Shown here in pieces: positions 17,625 through 27,845 of a DNA stretch of 64,000 bases. Made by a program: the position numbers and the translations under genes. Every line of letters begins with the position of its first letter. Position 1 is the first letter of the stretch. The stretch comes from Candidatus Pyrohabitans jungbluthii (GTDB lineage: Archaea > Hydrothermarchaeota > Hydrothermarchaeia > Hydrothermarchaeales > BMS3B), in the NCBI GenBank assembly GCA_002010065.2, contig MTMD02000008.1, positions 224,001-288,000 on the forward strand, read 5' to 3'. The notes under the pieces are model-generated. The model was not told where the DNA came from, did no database searches, and worked only from the letters and a program-made list of their open reading frames with translations.

Positions 17625-19602
17625 GCCTCTCCAGCTTTGCCCTTTCCGCGCGGGAGCCGAAGACTATGAGCACGTCGTTAGGCAAGAACCTCTCCCCTGG
17701 CGGGGGGTTGTGGATTATCTTTTCTCCTCGCGCTATTGCAAGAATCGTCGCCCCGGTGCGCTCCCTCACCTTAAGCTCAGAGATACTCTTTCCCACAGCG
17801 AAATCTCCCTCGGCAACGTATATCTCGTCAATAACCTCCCCCTCCCTCATCCCCTGGAGTATCCTGCTCTTTGCACTGCGCTCCTCCCTGAGCACGCCTT
17901 CGCTGCTGAAAACACTTTCCACCATCTTCTCCACACCATGGTAGAAATTTCTGACAGTGCGCCACGAGAGGTAGAGCCCAACGAAGAAAAGGAAAAGCAC
18001 CGCCAGGGAAATCGCAGCGCCGTTGGTTGTGAGGTAACCAAGAAGAGGTGGGAGGAAGTAGAGGGCAGAGAAGAGGAGCACAAGAAGGATAGCGAGGTTC
18101 CTGAAGGTGGCCCTTAGAAGGTCGCTGCTAATTGGTAGATACCTCCTTCCCAGGAGGTTTATCAGGATGTCCACGATATCAATAACCCGCTGAAGCGCCA
18201 GGTAGAGCGGCGGGAGTATTAAAATGAAGGTTGCCATAAAGATGAGCCCTCTGCCAAGATGAAGAAAAGCGCCAGCGTACTCTACAGCCTTTAAGATTAA
18301 GAACACAAGGGTGAGGTTGATGAAAACCCGTAGAGCTTTTTTCTTTATGAGAGTGTACTCCTCGCCTCCCCCTGAAAGCTTATACTTAGCCTGGCTCAGC
18401 CACATCGCAGAGTAGCTGAAGAAGTTCTTTACCGTCGAGGGGGCAAGCCTCTCAAGCAGCGTTGCTATGCTCTTTGAGGACTTCAATGAATAGGGTGCAA
18501 CGAAGGTGGTGATAGCTGCAACAGCTACAACAATTGGATAAAGAAAGCTGCTTGCAACGCCCAAATCTATGCCCTGCTTCACTATTGCAAAGGAAAACTC
18601 GCCTATTGGCACTAAACCTAAGCCAACCGCCAGCGAGGTCTCGCCTCGCACGCCGAGTAGGTAGCACGGCAGGCTTCTGCTTGCCACCTTGGCAAAGAGG
18701 GTCACCGCAGTCACAGCGACAACGACGGGGAAATACTGGAGGAGGTACCTTACGTCGATGAGCATTCCCACACTCACAAAGAAGAGCATAACAAACATGT
18801 CCCTTATGGGCGAGACACTTCTAACAATCCTCTCAGCGAGAAGGCTCTCAGAGACTATCGCCCCCATCACGAAGGCGCCCAGAGCCAGAGAAAAGCCCAG
18901 CATCTGCGCAAATACAGCAAATGAGAAACACAATGCAAGGGCGGTAATGAGGAGTACCTCACCGGTGCCACTCCACCTCTCAACCACTTCCAGCAAGGCG
19001 GGGACAACCTTCACCCCCAGCACGTAGGCGATGAAGAAGAAGAGGAGGATTTTCGTCACAACCTCCAGCGCTACCTGAATAGAGAGGGGGGTGAGAAGGG
19101 AGATGCCTGAAAAGAGGGTTAGAAGCACAACCGCGGCAACGTCCTCCACCACGAGGATACCCAGCATTATGGGCGCATACTCCTTGTGGAGGAGTGCTCT
19201 GTCTGTTAGCAGTTTAACAACAATAGCGGTGCTGCTTACAGCAAGGGCTGCGCCTAAAAACGCCGCGTCTATGGCATTAAATCCCAGTGCAATGCCCAGC
19301 GTCTGTCCAATGCCAAGGAGGAAGAGCACACCAGAGACCGAGGCGATTAGAGATATAGCCCCAACCTTGCGGAGCTTTCTTATGTTGAACTCCAAGCCTA
19401 GGGAGAACATGAGGAGCACTAACCCAAGATCAGCGAAGGCGTTGACAATTTCCAGGTTCTTAACCAGCTTTAAGGCATAGGGCCCAGAAGCAGCGCCCGC
19501 GAGGATATAGCCAAGTACAACTGGCTGGCGAAGCCGCGAGAAGGCTGCGCCTATGGCAAAGGAAAGGAGAAGGACTACAGCCAAGTCACGCAAGATGAGC
19601 AT
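17593..19602 (-). CDS. CPA2 cation:proton antiporter with C-terminal TrkA-C domain
   Basis: Many TMs, SSTAIV, VEDV, GEFSF, C-terminal RCK_C. Confidence 0.9.
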   Translation of the reverse strand: MLILRDLAVVLLLSFAIGAAFSRLRQPVVLGYILAGAASGPYALKLVKNLEIVNAFADLGLVLLMFSLGLEFNIRKLRKVGAISLIASVSGVLFLLGIGQTLGIALGFNAIDAAFLGAALAVSSTAIVVKLLTDRALLHKEYAPIMLGILVVEDVAAVVLLTLFSGISLLTPLSIQVALEVVTKILLFFFIAYVLGVKVVPALLEVVERWSGTGEVLLITALALCFSFAVFAQMLGFSLALGAFVMGAIVSESLLAERIVRSVSPIRDMFVMLFFVSVGMLIDVRYLLQYFPVVVAVTAVTLFAKVASRSLPCYLLGVRGETSLAVGLGLVPIGEFSFAIVKQGIDLGVASSFLYPIVVAVAAITTFVAPYSLKSSKSIATLLERLAPSTVKNFFSYSAMWLSQAKYKLSGGGEEYTLIKKKALRVFINLTLVFLILKAVEYAGAFLHLGRGLIFMATFILILPPLYLALQRVIDIVDILINLLGRRYLPISSDLLRATFRNLAILLVLLFSALYFLPPLLGYLTTNGAAISLAVLFLFFVGLYLSWRTVRNFYHGVEKMVESVFSSEGVLREERSAKSRILQGMREGEVIDEIYVAEGDFAVGKSISELKVRERTGATILAIARGEKIIHNPPPGERFLPNDVLIVFGSRAERAKLERLIRWGSPHRR

Positions 19603-19604
19603 CT

Positions 19605-20072
19605 CTAACCCACAAGCTCCTTGAGCTTCTGAATTTCTTCAAGTTTGCCAGCTGCGATTAGCACATCCCCTACTTTAATTTCTGTGTCAGCGCTTGGGTT
19701 GGGGATGGTCTCCTCGCCTCTCACGATCGCTATTACACTCGCCCCTGTGCGTCGCCTTATATCCAGCTCGCCTATGGTTCTCCCCGCGCCTTTTCCAACA
19801 CGAATCCACTCTATCTTCACCCTACCCGCGAGGGCACTGCTCAGCGCTTCCACTGGCGTGGGTTTGAAGTACGCTCCAGCCAGGATTAGCCCCACCTTCC
19901 TCGCCAGCTCATCGCTAAGGGTTATTATTACAGGCTCCTTGCCAGCCTCCTCGTAGTAGATTTCCCTACGCCCATCCTCATGCACCACTATATCGAGAGT
20001 GCTTTCCTCGCCCAGCTTCAATGTGTACTTCTTTCCCACTCCCGGTAGCTCAGCCTCAAATATCTCCTCCAT
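19605..20072 (-). CDS. K+/H+ antiporter regulatory subunit (KhtT-like)
   Basis: LPGVGKKY, DGRREIY, TrkA-C domain. Confidence 0.85.
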   Translation of the reverse strand: MEEIFEAELPGVGKKYTLKLGEESTLDIVVHEDGRREIYYEEAGKEPVIITLSDELARKVGLILAGAYFKPTPVEALSSALAGRVKIEWIRVGKGAGRTIGELDIRRRTGASVIAIVRGEETIPNPSADTEIKVGDVLIAAGKLEEIQKLKELVG

Positions 20073-20091
20073 AATAGCACCTCCCCTATCT

Positions 20092-20595
20092 TTACTCTTC
20101 CACCTCATCCTCCTCCATGCTTTTGCATATCAGAAAACCCCTGGCACGCTCTGCATATTTATACTCATGCACTTTCTTCCAGAACATCTTGGAGTGGTTG
20201 GGGTAGAGCAGGTGTGCCATCTCGTGGATGAGCACATAGTCCAGAACCCATTCGGGCATGTGCTTTAGCCTTTCGCTCAGTCGTATTATCCTCCGCTTGG
20301 GATTGCAGCTCCCGAAGCGGGATGTCATCCTCTTAGAAAATTCTATCCTCTCCACCTTTAGCTTACCACCAAAATAGCGCCGGTTTAGAGCTTCAAACTT
20401 CCTGCGCAGGTACTCGTCGTCCCTCTTTCCCCCAAGCTTTCTCTCCATCCTCTCCACAAAAAACTCAACCCAGCGCTCCTCTTCCCTCTTTGAGGCACTC
20501 GCAGGTATGTAGACGAGAAGCCCCTTACCCTTGAGCTTTGCTTCGACTGTTTTCTTCCTCCTCGGACTTCGTATAACCCTGATTGAGAAGTCCAT
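20092..20595 (-). CDS. M48/YgjP-like zinc metallopeptidase
   Basis: FGSC, YVLIHEMAH...HSKMFW. Confidence 0.85.
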   Translation of the reverse strand: MDFSIRVIRSPRRKKTVEAKLKGKGLLVYIPASASKREEERWVEFFVERMERKLGGKRDDEYLRRKFEALNRRYFGGKLKVERIEFSKRMTSRFGSCNPKRRIIRLSERLKHMPEWVLDYVLIHEMAHLLYPNHSKMFWKKVHEYKYAERARGFLICKSMEEDEVEE

Positions 20596-20672
20596 AAAGG
20601 TATGTGTCTCTGGTGGGAAATAAGGTTTTCGTGTTGCTTACTTATGAAACACCTAAACAAAATGCTCAGTCC

Positions 20673-21503
20673 TCACTTCCTGAACACTATACCCGCGTAT
20701 GCCACGACGCTTCCGTAATCGCCCGTGACATCGCCGCTGTTTCCATACTTCAGAAGCTCGGCTCTGGTTGCGCCTCGCTGCTTAGCCACAGCTATAGTCG
20801 TTGCTATTGCGCCGTAGCCGCACGCCGAGACGTTGTGCTCATACACGCGCTTGAGAAACAGCACATCATCCAGCGCGAGGATCGCCTCTATCGCAAGCAT
20901 GTCCTTCTGTTTCGCCAGGGAAGCGCTCTCGTAGTGGGTGAAGTCGCTGGAGGCAAGGATCAGAATATCCTTATCAACTTTGGCAAGGCAGGAGGCGATT
21001 TCTCTCGCCACCTCCAGATCCTGAAGCGCCAGCGAGATAGCCACAAACTTGAAGTCGCGATAGATGTACTGCAAAAATGGAAGCTGAACCTCAATGCTGT
21101 GCTCATACGCATGCGCCGTCTCGTCGCTGTCGATAACACCGCAGCTCTCCCAGAGGTACTCCGCAAGCTCACAATCGCACTTCACTGCGCCTAGAGGGGT
21201 TTCCCAGTCCTGCCTTGAGACAGCAACCAAGCTGCCCATACCTGTGTGATTTGGGCCGAGAATTACCACGCTCTCGGGCTTCTCCTGCATAGCTAAAGCG
21301 TAGTACACATGCGCCGCCTCGTAGCCGGAGTAGATGTAGCCCGCGTGGGGAACCACGGCGGCGACAATATCGCGAGGCGCCACATCCTCGCGTACAGGAA
21401 GCTTCCCCGGGCCTAGCGTGTGGAGAAAGCAGCGCTCAATCTGCTCAATTAAGGCTTCTCGAGAGGCTGGATAAAACTGCCCGGCCACTGCGGGGCTGCG
21501 CAT
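20673..21503 (-). CDS. MEMO1 family protein
   Basis: AVAGQFYP, PHAGYIYSG, GPNH, EHSIEVQLPF, SSDFTHY. Confidence 0.9.
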   Translation of the reverse strand: MRSPAVAGQFYPASREALIEQIERCFLHTLGPGKLPVREDVAPRDIVAAVVPHAGYIYSGYEAAHVYYALAMQEKPESVVILGPNHTGMGSLVAVSRQDWETPLGAVKCDCELAEYLWESCGVIDSDETAHAYEHSIEVQLPFLQYIYRDFKFVAISLALQDLEVAREIASCLAKVDKDILILASSDFTHYESASLAKQKDMLAIEAILALDDVLFLKRVYEHNVSACGYGAIATTIAVAKQRGATRAELLKYGNSGDVTGDYGSVVAYAGIVFRK

Positions 21504-21539
21504 AAGTAATAGATATGCCCTCCTCCCCTAAATAGTTTG

Positions 21540-22133
21540 TTATACCTCGCCCTCAAACTCCTCTAGGGGCATGAAATCCTCTACATCCATTCCCCGCGCC
21601 CTGAGAATTTCCCTCGCAAGAAGCCAGTAAACCAGGGCAAGTGCCTTCCTGCCCTTGTTGTTGGTTGGTATCACTATGTCCACGCCCGCGGCGCTGTTGT
21701 CGGTGTCGCACAGCGCAACCACGGGAATGCCTATATCTGCAGCCTCGCGGAGCGCCTGCTCATCTCCACGCGGGTCAGTCACAACGAGCACATCGGGCTC
21801 AACGAAGTGCTTAAGGTTCGGGTTGGTGAGCGTGCCCGGGATGAAGCGCCCCGCTATTGCCTTTGCACCAATTAAACGTGCAAGCTGCTCTATTGGCTTC
21901 TGACCATACTGGCGCCTCGAAACAATAAGTATCTTGCTGGGTTCAAACTTGGCAAGGAACTTCGCCACCGTGGCGATGCGCTCGTCGGTTTTCTTAACGT
22001 CCAGTACGTAAAGCCCGTCTGGACGAACGCGGTATATGTAGGGCATCATGTCCGCGTTCTTCTGCTGCGTTCCTATGTGTACTCCTGCCGCGAGGTAGTT
22101 ATCCAAAGAGGTAAGCTTCGTCTCCATACTCAT
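21540..22133 (-). CDS. rps2: 30S ribosomal protein S2
   Basis: [26 protein letters not shown]. Confidence 0.97.
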   Translation of the reverse strand: MSMETKLTSLDNYLAAGVHIGTQQKNADMMPYIYRVRPDGLYVLDVKKTDERIATVAKFLAKFEPSKILIVSRRQYGQKPIEQLARLIGAKAIAGRFIPGTLTNPNLKHFVEPDVLVVTDPRGDEQALREAADIGIPVVALCDTDNSAAGVDIVIPTNNKGRKALALVYWLLAREILRARGMDVEDFMPLEEFEGEV

Positions 22134-22142
22134 CCTCCTCTC

Positions 22143-23393
22143 TCAGAATTTTGGAAGTCTCGCAAGCTTCGCCCTGCTCGGCGTCAGCTCTTCTGCGATG
22201 CGTATAAGCTCGTTGAGCTTTGCTATTCTCTCTCCGCCAATAACACCTGTCTTAATTATTGGGATATGGAAGGCAACCGCAAGGTGGGCTATGCTTTCGT
22301 CTGTGGTCTCGCCAGAGCGGTGAGAGATAACCGGGGTAAGCTTCTCGTTCTTTGCAAGGTTAATCGCCCTGAAGGTATCTGTGAGCGTGCCGCACTGGTT
22401 GGGCTTTATTAGTATCGCATTCGTAGAACCTTTTTCTATGCCCCGTCTGAGTCTATCCTCATTGGTAACGTACAAGTCATCGCCGCAGATAAGCGCCTTA
22501 ACGCGGGAGGTGAGCTGCGCGAAGGTTTCGAAATCCTCCTCCTGCACCGGGTCCTCAACGTAGTAGAGGTTGTAATCCTCTATTAAACCAGCGATGTAGT
22601 CCACCTGCTCCTCACTTGTTCGCTCCTTACCTTCGCGGGGATAAACGTAGCGCTGCTTCTTCTCATTCCAAAGCTGACTCGCGGCTACGTCAAGGCCAAT
22701 GCGGAGCTTAACCCCGGTCTCCTGGGCAACGCGGTCGCACACCTCGCTCAGCACGTTGAGCGCTTCCACATCGCCTATCGCCGGCGCCCACGCACCCTCG
22801 TCACCCTTACCGAGGGTTCCGCTGCTGCGCTTAACCAGCTCACCTTTAAGCTTCTTGTGGACCTCTGCGTTGGTGCATATCGCCTCTGCTATGTCGCGGG
22901 CTCCAATGGGGATGACGAGGAACTCCTGAATATCCGTGGCGTTGTTCGCATGGGCTCCACCTCCAATGACGTTACCCAGAGGATAGGGAAGCTCACAGGA
23001 AAAGTTGCCCCCCAGAAACTGGAAGAGGGGGATGCCATAAGAAGCAGCCGCCGCCTTAGCATTCGCCAGTGAGACTGCCACGGCGGTGTTTCCCCCTATA
23101 TTGGAAAAGTTCTCTGTGCCATCTATCTCGTGCAGCGTCTGATCTATCTCCTCCTGATTAATCGCATCCATGCCGCGAAGCTCAGGCGCAATTGTCTCCT
23201 CAACCTCTATTATCGCCTTCTCAATACCTCCCTCAGGAAAAGCCCTTGCCTCGTACTTGCCTGTGCTCGCCCCACTTGGAGCTGCACACCTCCCTACTGC
23301 GTAGTCGGTTATAACATCAACCTCAATCGTCCAGTTGCCCCGGGAATCTACAATTTTCCTGGCCTTAACATCTTCGATTATCGTGGGAATCAT
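22143..23393 (-). CDS. eno: Enolase
   Basis: [25 protein letters not shown]. Confidence 0.97.
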   Translation of the reverse strand: MIPTIIEDVKARKIVDSRGNWTIEVDVITDYAVGRCAAPSGASTGKYEARAFPEGGIEKAIIEVEETIAPELRGMDAINQEEIDQTLHEIDGTENFSNIGGNTAVAVSLANAKAAAASYGIPLFQFLGGNFSCELPYPLGNVIGGGAHANNATDIQEFLVIPIGARDIAEAICTNAEVHKKLKGELVKRSSGTLGKGDEGAWAPAIGDVEALNVLSEVCDRVAQETGVKLRIGLDVAASQLWNEKKQRYVYPREGKERTSEEQVDYIAGLIEDYNLYYVEDPVQEEDFETFAQLTSRVKALICGDDLYVTNEDRLRRGIEKGSTNAILIKPNQCGTLTDTFRAINLAKNEKLTPVISHRSGETTDESIAHLAVAFHIPIIKTGVIGGERIAKLNELIRIAEELTPSRAKLARLPKF

Positions 23394-23593
23394 TCCTCTT
23401 CACCCAGCAGTTTCTTCTCGGGCATTCGCCTGCGCACGCTTATGGGTATCACTCCCTTCTCCAGCTCCTTGATCGCTATTATTATCGGATCCAGCATGTC
23501 CTCGGAGATCCTTATCAGAGGCGGAGCACCCATGGATAACTGCAGCGCTCTCGCGCCTATGATGCGGGCTTTCTCATACTTTGTGAGCTTCAC
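23390..23593 (-). CDS. rpoK: RNA polymerase subunit Rpo6 (K)
   Basis: [21 protein letters not shown]. Confidence 0.95.
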   Translation of the reverse strand: MKLTKYEKARIIGARALQLSMGAPPLIRISEDMLDPIIIAIKELEKGVIPISVRRRMPEKKLLGEEE

Positions 23594-23629
23594 GCTTTTT
23601 CCTCCGTAGGCTTTTAGCGGAGAGGGGTA

Positions 23630-23704
23630 TGGGGCCGCTGAGATTTGAACTCAGGTCACCAGCACCCCAAGCTGGGAGGATAGTCCAGGCTACCCTACGG
23701 CCCC
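23630..23704 (-). tRNA. tRNA-Pro(GGG)
   Basis: Cloverleaf GGGGCCG...; anticodon arm CCAGC-TTGGGGT-GCTGG; TTCAAAT T-loop. Confidence 0.95.
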
Positions 23705-23898
23705 TTCTCCTCGAGTTTAATTACATCGTCGATGAAATCGCGGTGGCTGAGAAGCATCCTGCGGCAGCAGTATCGAGTAACCCCAAGGGAGTCGAGGACC
23801 TCCTTGGGGTCCTCGTTCTCCTCTACTCTGCGCTTGAACTCCTCGTACTTGTCGCCGATTACTGCTCCACAACTGAAGCATCTCACAGGTACTAACAC
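23695..23898 (-). CDS. rpoN: RNA polymerase subunit Rpo10 (N)
   Basis: PVRCFSCG...RYCCRRM. Confidence 0.95.
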   Translation of the reverse strand: MLVPVRCFSCGAVIGDKYEEFKRRVEENEDPKEVLDSLGVTRYCCRRMLLSHRDFIDDVIKLEEKGP

Positions 23899-23902
23899 GG
23901 GA

Positions 23903-24301
23903 TCACCTGTAGGACTTCTGGAACCTTGCTCTTGCTCCTCGCCCGCCGTATTTCTTGGGCTCTGCCCTGCGAGCGTCGCCCTTGATAATCGTGCGGTCGT
24001 AGCTCATAAAGGCCTCCTTGAGCTTCATGTCGCCGGTGTACTCCACCAAACCACGACCTATCGCGGTGCGCACGGCTTCGGCTTGACCCATGAAGCCGCC
24101 GCCTCTAACGCTTACATCTATGTCCACAGTGTTTCTAACATCGCCAGCGAGCTCGAGTACCTCTATTATCTTCAGCCTTGCCATCTCCGGCTCAAGAATC
24201 TCCACAGGAATCTTATTTATCCTGACCCTACCCACTCCTGGCCTAATAGTGGCACGCGCTATGGCAGTTTTCCGCTTACCCACGCTGTGAACTATCTTCA
24301 T
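23903..24301 (-). CDS. rps9: 30S ribosomal protein S9
   Basis: [21 protein letters not shown]. Confidence 0.97.
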   Translation of the reverse strand: MKIVHSVGKRKTAIARATIRPGVGRVRINKIPVEILEPEMARLKIIEVLELAGDVRNTVDIDVSVRGGGFMGQAEAVRTAIGRGLVEYTGDMKLKEAFMSYDRTIIKGDARRAEPKKYGGRGARARFQKSYR

Positions 24302-24310
24302 TCAATCACC

Positions 24311-24742
24311 TCAAAATTTTGCACCAAGGTGCCTGCTCAGCTCCTCCAGGGTAACGTACTTGGGAATTCTGAGCTTTGTGTAGCTTGCATCTGGGAAGGT
24401 AATCTTCTCGGCATCCGCGTACTCTTCTGGCACGCCAACATAAACGCGAAGGCGCTTGAAGGCACGCCTGCCGCGCTCCTGCTTATACGGGAGCATTCCA
24501 CGCACCGCCCGCTTTAAAATCCTCTCCGGTCGGCGAGGGTAGTGCGGCCCATGGCGACGCGGATTAACTATGCTCTTCCTTTCCCTTCTCTCCTTATACT
24601 TAGCAAAAACACTCGCCCTGTTACCTGAAATTACCGCTTTCTCGGCATTAACCACCACTACCTCTTCGCCCTCAAGTAGGGCTTTCGCTACGTAGCTTGC
24701 CAGGCGACCCATTATTAAACCAGAAGCATCAACCACCTTCAT
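24311..24742 (-). CDS. rpl13: 50S ribosomal protein L13
   Basis: GRLAS, NAEK, RGMLP. Confidence 0.97.
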   Translation of the reverse strand: MKVVDASGLIMGRLASYVAKALLEGEEVVVVNAEKAVISGNRASVFAKYKERRERKSIVNPRRHGPHYPRRPERILKRAVRGMLPYKQERGRRAFKRLRVYVGVPEEYADAEKITFPDASYTKLRIPKYVTLEELSRHLGAKF

Positions 24743-24746
24743 GTTA

Positions 24747-25109
24747 TCACTCCATAATCTTTACGTTAGAACCTTTGGGCATCTCCTGCATAAGCTCCCG
24801 CAGCGAGAGGCAGCGCCCTCCGGCAGCGGTTATCTTCTGCCTTGCCTTCTCTGAAAAAGCGAAGGCGGCGACGGTTACAGGGTGAGCGATTCTCCCTGCA
24901 CCGAGCACTTTGCCTGGTACAGCGACGATGTCGCCCTTCTGAGTGTACCTCGCAATCCGGCTTACATTGACCTCTGCACGGCGCGAGTTGGAGCGAGCCA
25001 ATCTCTCTGCGAGGTCGCGCCACACAGGTGAGCCTACTTCATGAGTCTTCTTTGCCAGGTCAACAATTATATTCCTGAGCACTGGGTTAGTGGTTCTGCT
25101 CATCTTCAT
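24747..25109 (-). CDS. rpl18e: 50S ribosomal protein L18e
   Basis: TNP, VNVSRI, VPGKVLG; AAGGAGG RBS. Confidence 0.95.
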   Translation of the reverse strand: MKMSRTTNPVLRNIIVDLAKKTHEVGSPVWRDLAERLARSNSRRAEVNVSRIARYTQKGDIVAVPGKVLGAGRIAHPVTVAAFAFSEKARQKITAAGGRCLSLRELMQEMPKGSNVKIME

Positions 25110-25153
25110 AGATACTGTGCCTCCTTGCTGCACCGTTTGCAAGAATTATTATA

Positions 25154-25276
25154 GGCCAAACTTCGTCACCCTATCGCCTATCGGCGAGACGGGTAACTTC
25201 GTCACCCTGAGCGCTGCTCAGGGTAACTTCGTCACTCCGGAAGCGGAGCTTCCGGGCAACTGCATACAGTTTGACC
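25154..25276 (-). repeat. Tandem triple-hairpin array with AACTTCGTCAC repeats, closed by an outer stem
   Basis: AACTTCGTCAC at 25159, 25195 and 25225, each followed by a different GC-rich hairpin; GGCCAAAC/GTTTGACC outer arms. Confidence 0.85.
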
Positions 25277-25366
25277 ATCAGATTGCGGTATTTTCGCTAG
25301 CGCTCAATACCGCTATGTTTCCATAATGTTTTTCCTTCTATCCTTGTGGGGGGTTGGGTATACCTA

Positions 25367-25392
25367 AGGGAAGGGGGCTCTCCCCCTTCCCT
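25367..25392. other. Perfect 11-bp hairpin just 3' of tRNA-Leu
   Basis: AGGGAAGGGGG-CTCT-CCCCCTTCCCT. Confidence 0.7.
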
Positions 25393-25397
25393 GGATA

Positions 25398-25482
25398 TGC
25401 GGGGGAAGGGATTTGAACCCTCGCACCCACTTAGGGACAGGACCCTCAATCCTGCGCCTTTGTCCAACTCGGCCACCCCCGC
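25398..25482 (-). tRNA. tRNA-Leu(GAG)
   Basis: GCGGGGG acceptor, CAGGA-TTGAGGG-TCCTG anticodon arm, long variable arm. Confidence 0.95.
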
Positions 25483-25500
25483 ATAGTGACCGCAATATCT

Positions 25501-26274
25501 TTATAACAATGATACCATCTTCTCAGCTTTTTTGGAGATTTCCCTGCAAGCCTCGCGGAATATCTCCACCGCGGGTAGTGAGCCGTTGCTCTCGATGGTG
25601 AATATGAATCGCGTTGGGTCTCCTTTTACGTTTATAGCCTCTTCCTCACATGCCTGAGCGCACGCTCTGCACAGGGTGCATGCTTCGATGTCTTTAACCA
25701 CCACTTTGTTCTCCTCTATTGCCAAGATGTCGCGGGGGCAGGCTGCCACGCACTCGCCACAGGCGGTGCACTTGTCATTGACCTCAATCACGGGGTAGTA
25801 CTTGTAGCCTACTACGGCAGGCTGCCACTTGGCATGCTCCTTGCCTTTGCCCAGCACAGCCTCAGCCTCAAGTCTAAGCCGCTGACCCTTCCCCAGCTTC
25901 ACAATGGGGATGCCCTCTACAGGCGTAAGCTCCGGGTCAGGAGACTTCAAATCGTGAGAGTACACCACCTTAGGTCCCTCTTCCTCAAGGGTGAGCGTGA
26001 GAGTACAGCTCGGGCAACCTGCACCGCCGCAGACACAGGAATCGCGGAAGTTGAATCGCTTCAAATCTGTGCGTATGGGCACTAAACCAAGGCGATGGGC
26101 TAGGATCTCGTCGTAGAGTGAGGATGAGTTCTCATAGATTATAACATCCTCTATCGCCAGCGTGGGCACCTCGCTCAGTATCGCTCTGCGAAGCGCATTG
26201 GCATAACTGGGGTTTGCATTCTCAAGTAGAATCTTCGCCCTGTTGCCCTCGCCCTCAAAAATGCGCACTTCCAA
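25501..26274 (-). CDS. rpoD: RNA polymerase subunit Rpo3 (D) with ferredoxin-like insert
   Basis: ANALRR, EILAHRLGLVP, EHAKWQP, CxxCxxC motifs. Confidence 0.95.
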   Translation of the reverse strand: MEVRIFEGEGNRAKILLENANPSYANALRRAILSEVPTLAIEDVIIYENSSSLYDEILAHRLGLVPIRTDLKRFNFRDSCVCGGAGCPSCTLTLTLEEEGPKVVYSHDLKSPDPELTPVEGIPIVKLGKGQRLRLEAEAVLGKGKEHAKWQPAVVGYKYYPVIEVNDKCTACGECVAACPRDILAIEENKVVVKDIEACTLCRACAQACEEEAINVKGDPTRFIFTIESNGSLPAVEIFREACREISKKAEKMVSLL

Positions 26275-26276
26275 GG

Positions 26277-26675
26277 CTATACTCTCCTCCCACGCTTACC
26301 GCCTTTCCTCTTGGTCCCGTCGTGAGGTATCGGCGTTACATCCTCAATACGGCCAATCTTGAGACCTGCCCTCGCAAGAGCACGTATCGCAGGCTGGGCC
26401 CCTGGGCCAGGAGTCTTAGGCCCGCTTCCGCCGGGGGCTCTGACCTTGATGTGCACCCCGACGATGCCCTTCTCCATGGCTTCTTCTGCGGCGCGCATCG
26501 CAGCCTGCATCGCCGCATAGGGCGAGGACTCATCACGATGAGCCTTGACTATCCTTCCGCCGGACCACCTGCTTATGGTCTCCGCACCTGTTAAGTCGGT
26601 TATGTGGATTATGGTGTTGTTGAAGGAAGAATAAATATGCGCTATACCCCAGTGCTCCTCCTGCTTCTTTGCCAT
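26277..26675 (-). CDS. rps11: 30S ribosomal protein S11
   Basis: [23 protein letters not shown]. Confidence 0.97.
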   Translation of the reverse strand: MAKKQEEHWGIAHIYSSFNNTIIHITDLTGAETISRWSGGRIVKAHRDESSPYAAMQAAMRAAEEAMEKGIVGVHIKVRAPGGSGPKTPGPGAQPAIRALARAGLKIGRIEDVTPIPHDGTKRKGGKRGRRV

Positions 26676-26676
26676 T

Positions 26677-27207
26677 TTACGCCGCCTCCTGCTTTGCTTC
26701 TTCCTTTCTCACTATCTGGATGTTTCGTATGGGAGAGTTTTCAGCATAGGCAATGGCGTCCTCCTCATCGGCGCGTACCAAGTAACTCGGCGCGGTTACC
26801 TTCCTTCCGGCGACGGTTATATGACCATGCACAATGAACTGCCTCGCCTGCTTTATGGTCGAGGCGAGACCCTTTTTGTACACAAGCGTCTGGAGCCTCC
26901 TGTCCAGAATATCACGAACGGTGAGAGCAAGCACGTCGTCAAGGCTGGCGTCCTCTTTGAGAAGATTGAGCCTTCGTAGGCGAGCCATGAGCAGCTCTTC
27001 CTGACGCCTTGCTTGCTCTCCGCGCTTGCCGAGAAGCTCTCTCGCCTGACCACGAATGCCGCGGAGTATGGCGAGAGCCTTCCAGATCTCCCGTTTGTTC
27101 TTTAGTCCATACTCGGCAAGCAGCTTCTTCTCTTCCTGAATGCGGTCCGCTTGCCATGGATGTGTTGGGGTGCTGTACTTCTTCCGTATTCTACGAGGAT
27201 CGCCCAT
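26677..27207 (-). CDS. rps4: 30S ribosomal protein S4
   Basis: [27 protein letters not shown]. Confidence 0.97.
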   Translation of the reverse strand: MGDPRRIRKKYSTPTHPWQADRIQEEKKLLAEYGLKNKREIWKALAILRGIRGQARELLGKRGEQARRQEELLMARLRRLNLLKEDASLDDVLALTVRDILDRRLQTLVYKKGLASTIKQARQFIVHGHITVAGRKVTAPSYLVRADEEDAIAYAENSPIRNIQIVRKEEAKQEAA

Positions 27208-27216
27208 GAAATCACC

Positions 27217-27687
27217 CTACTTTTTCTTCTTGGAAACACCCACGGTTATGCCACGCCTGAAGCTGGTACGGGTGCGCTGGCCACGCACAGGCAAGCCCAG
27301 CTCGTGTCTTATTCCGCGGTAGCTTCTTATCTTCCTCAAGCGGTTGAGGTCTTCTCTCAGCGCTATCGCTAAGTCTGAGCCAATGACATGTAGGTCTTTA
27401 CCAGTCTCATAATCTTTGCGGCGGTTGAACAGCCAGCTTGGCACCTTCTGGTTTTGAAAATCCGTAACCAGCTTGTCCAGCTTCTCCACCTCTTCGTCGG
27501 TGAGATAACCTATCCTCTTTTCGGGGTCAACCTTTGCGAGGTTGCATATCACCTCGCCTGTTCTCACCCCTATCCCTTTTATAAGCGCAAGGCCTACGGG
27601 CACCTTCTTGTTGCCATCTATGTCAGTACCACCTATCCTTACGAGGTACTTGAACTCCTCTTTCGCTTCCTCGCTGCCTTTAGCCAC
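27217..27687 (-). CDS. rps13: 30S ribosomal protein S13
   Basis: IKGIG, SYRGIRH..GLPVRGQRT; GTG start after GGAGG. Confidence 0.95.
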   Translation of the reverse strand: MAKGSEEAKEEFKYLVRIGGTDIDGNKKVPVGLALIKGIGVRTGEVICNLAKVDPEKRIGYLTDEEVEKLDKLVTDFQNQKVPSWLFNRRKDYETGKDLHVIGSDLAIALREDLNRLRKIRSYRGIRHELGLPVRGQRTRTSFRRGITVGVSKKKK

Positions 27688-27845
27688 TACTATTCCTCCG
27701 TTGGTATGAGGTAATATCACCTATATATAATACTTTTGGACTTTCAAAATCAAGCTCCTCTCAATTGGAAAAGTACCATGGTAAAGATTTATGCAAAGCT
27801 TGCACAAGGGAAGCTTTTTATCTCAGCCCCGCGGAAGTCTTTAAT

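Noticed and set aside
25154-25276. Mini-CRISPR array
   Set aside because: Repeats are only about 11-17 bp, the spacers are short hairpins, and no cas genes are present.
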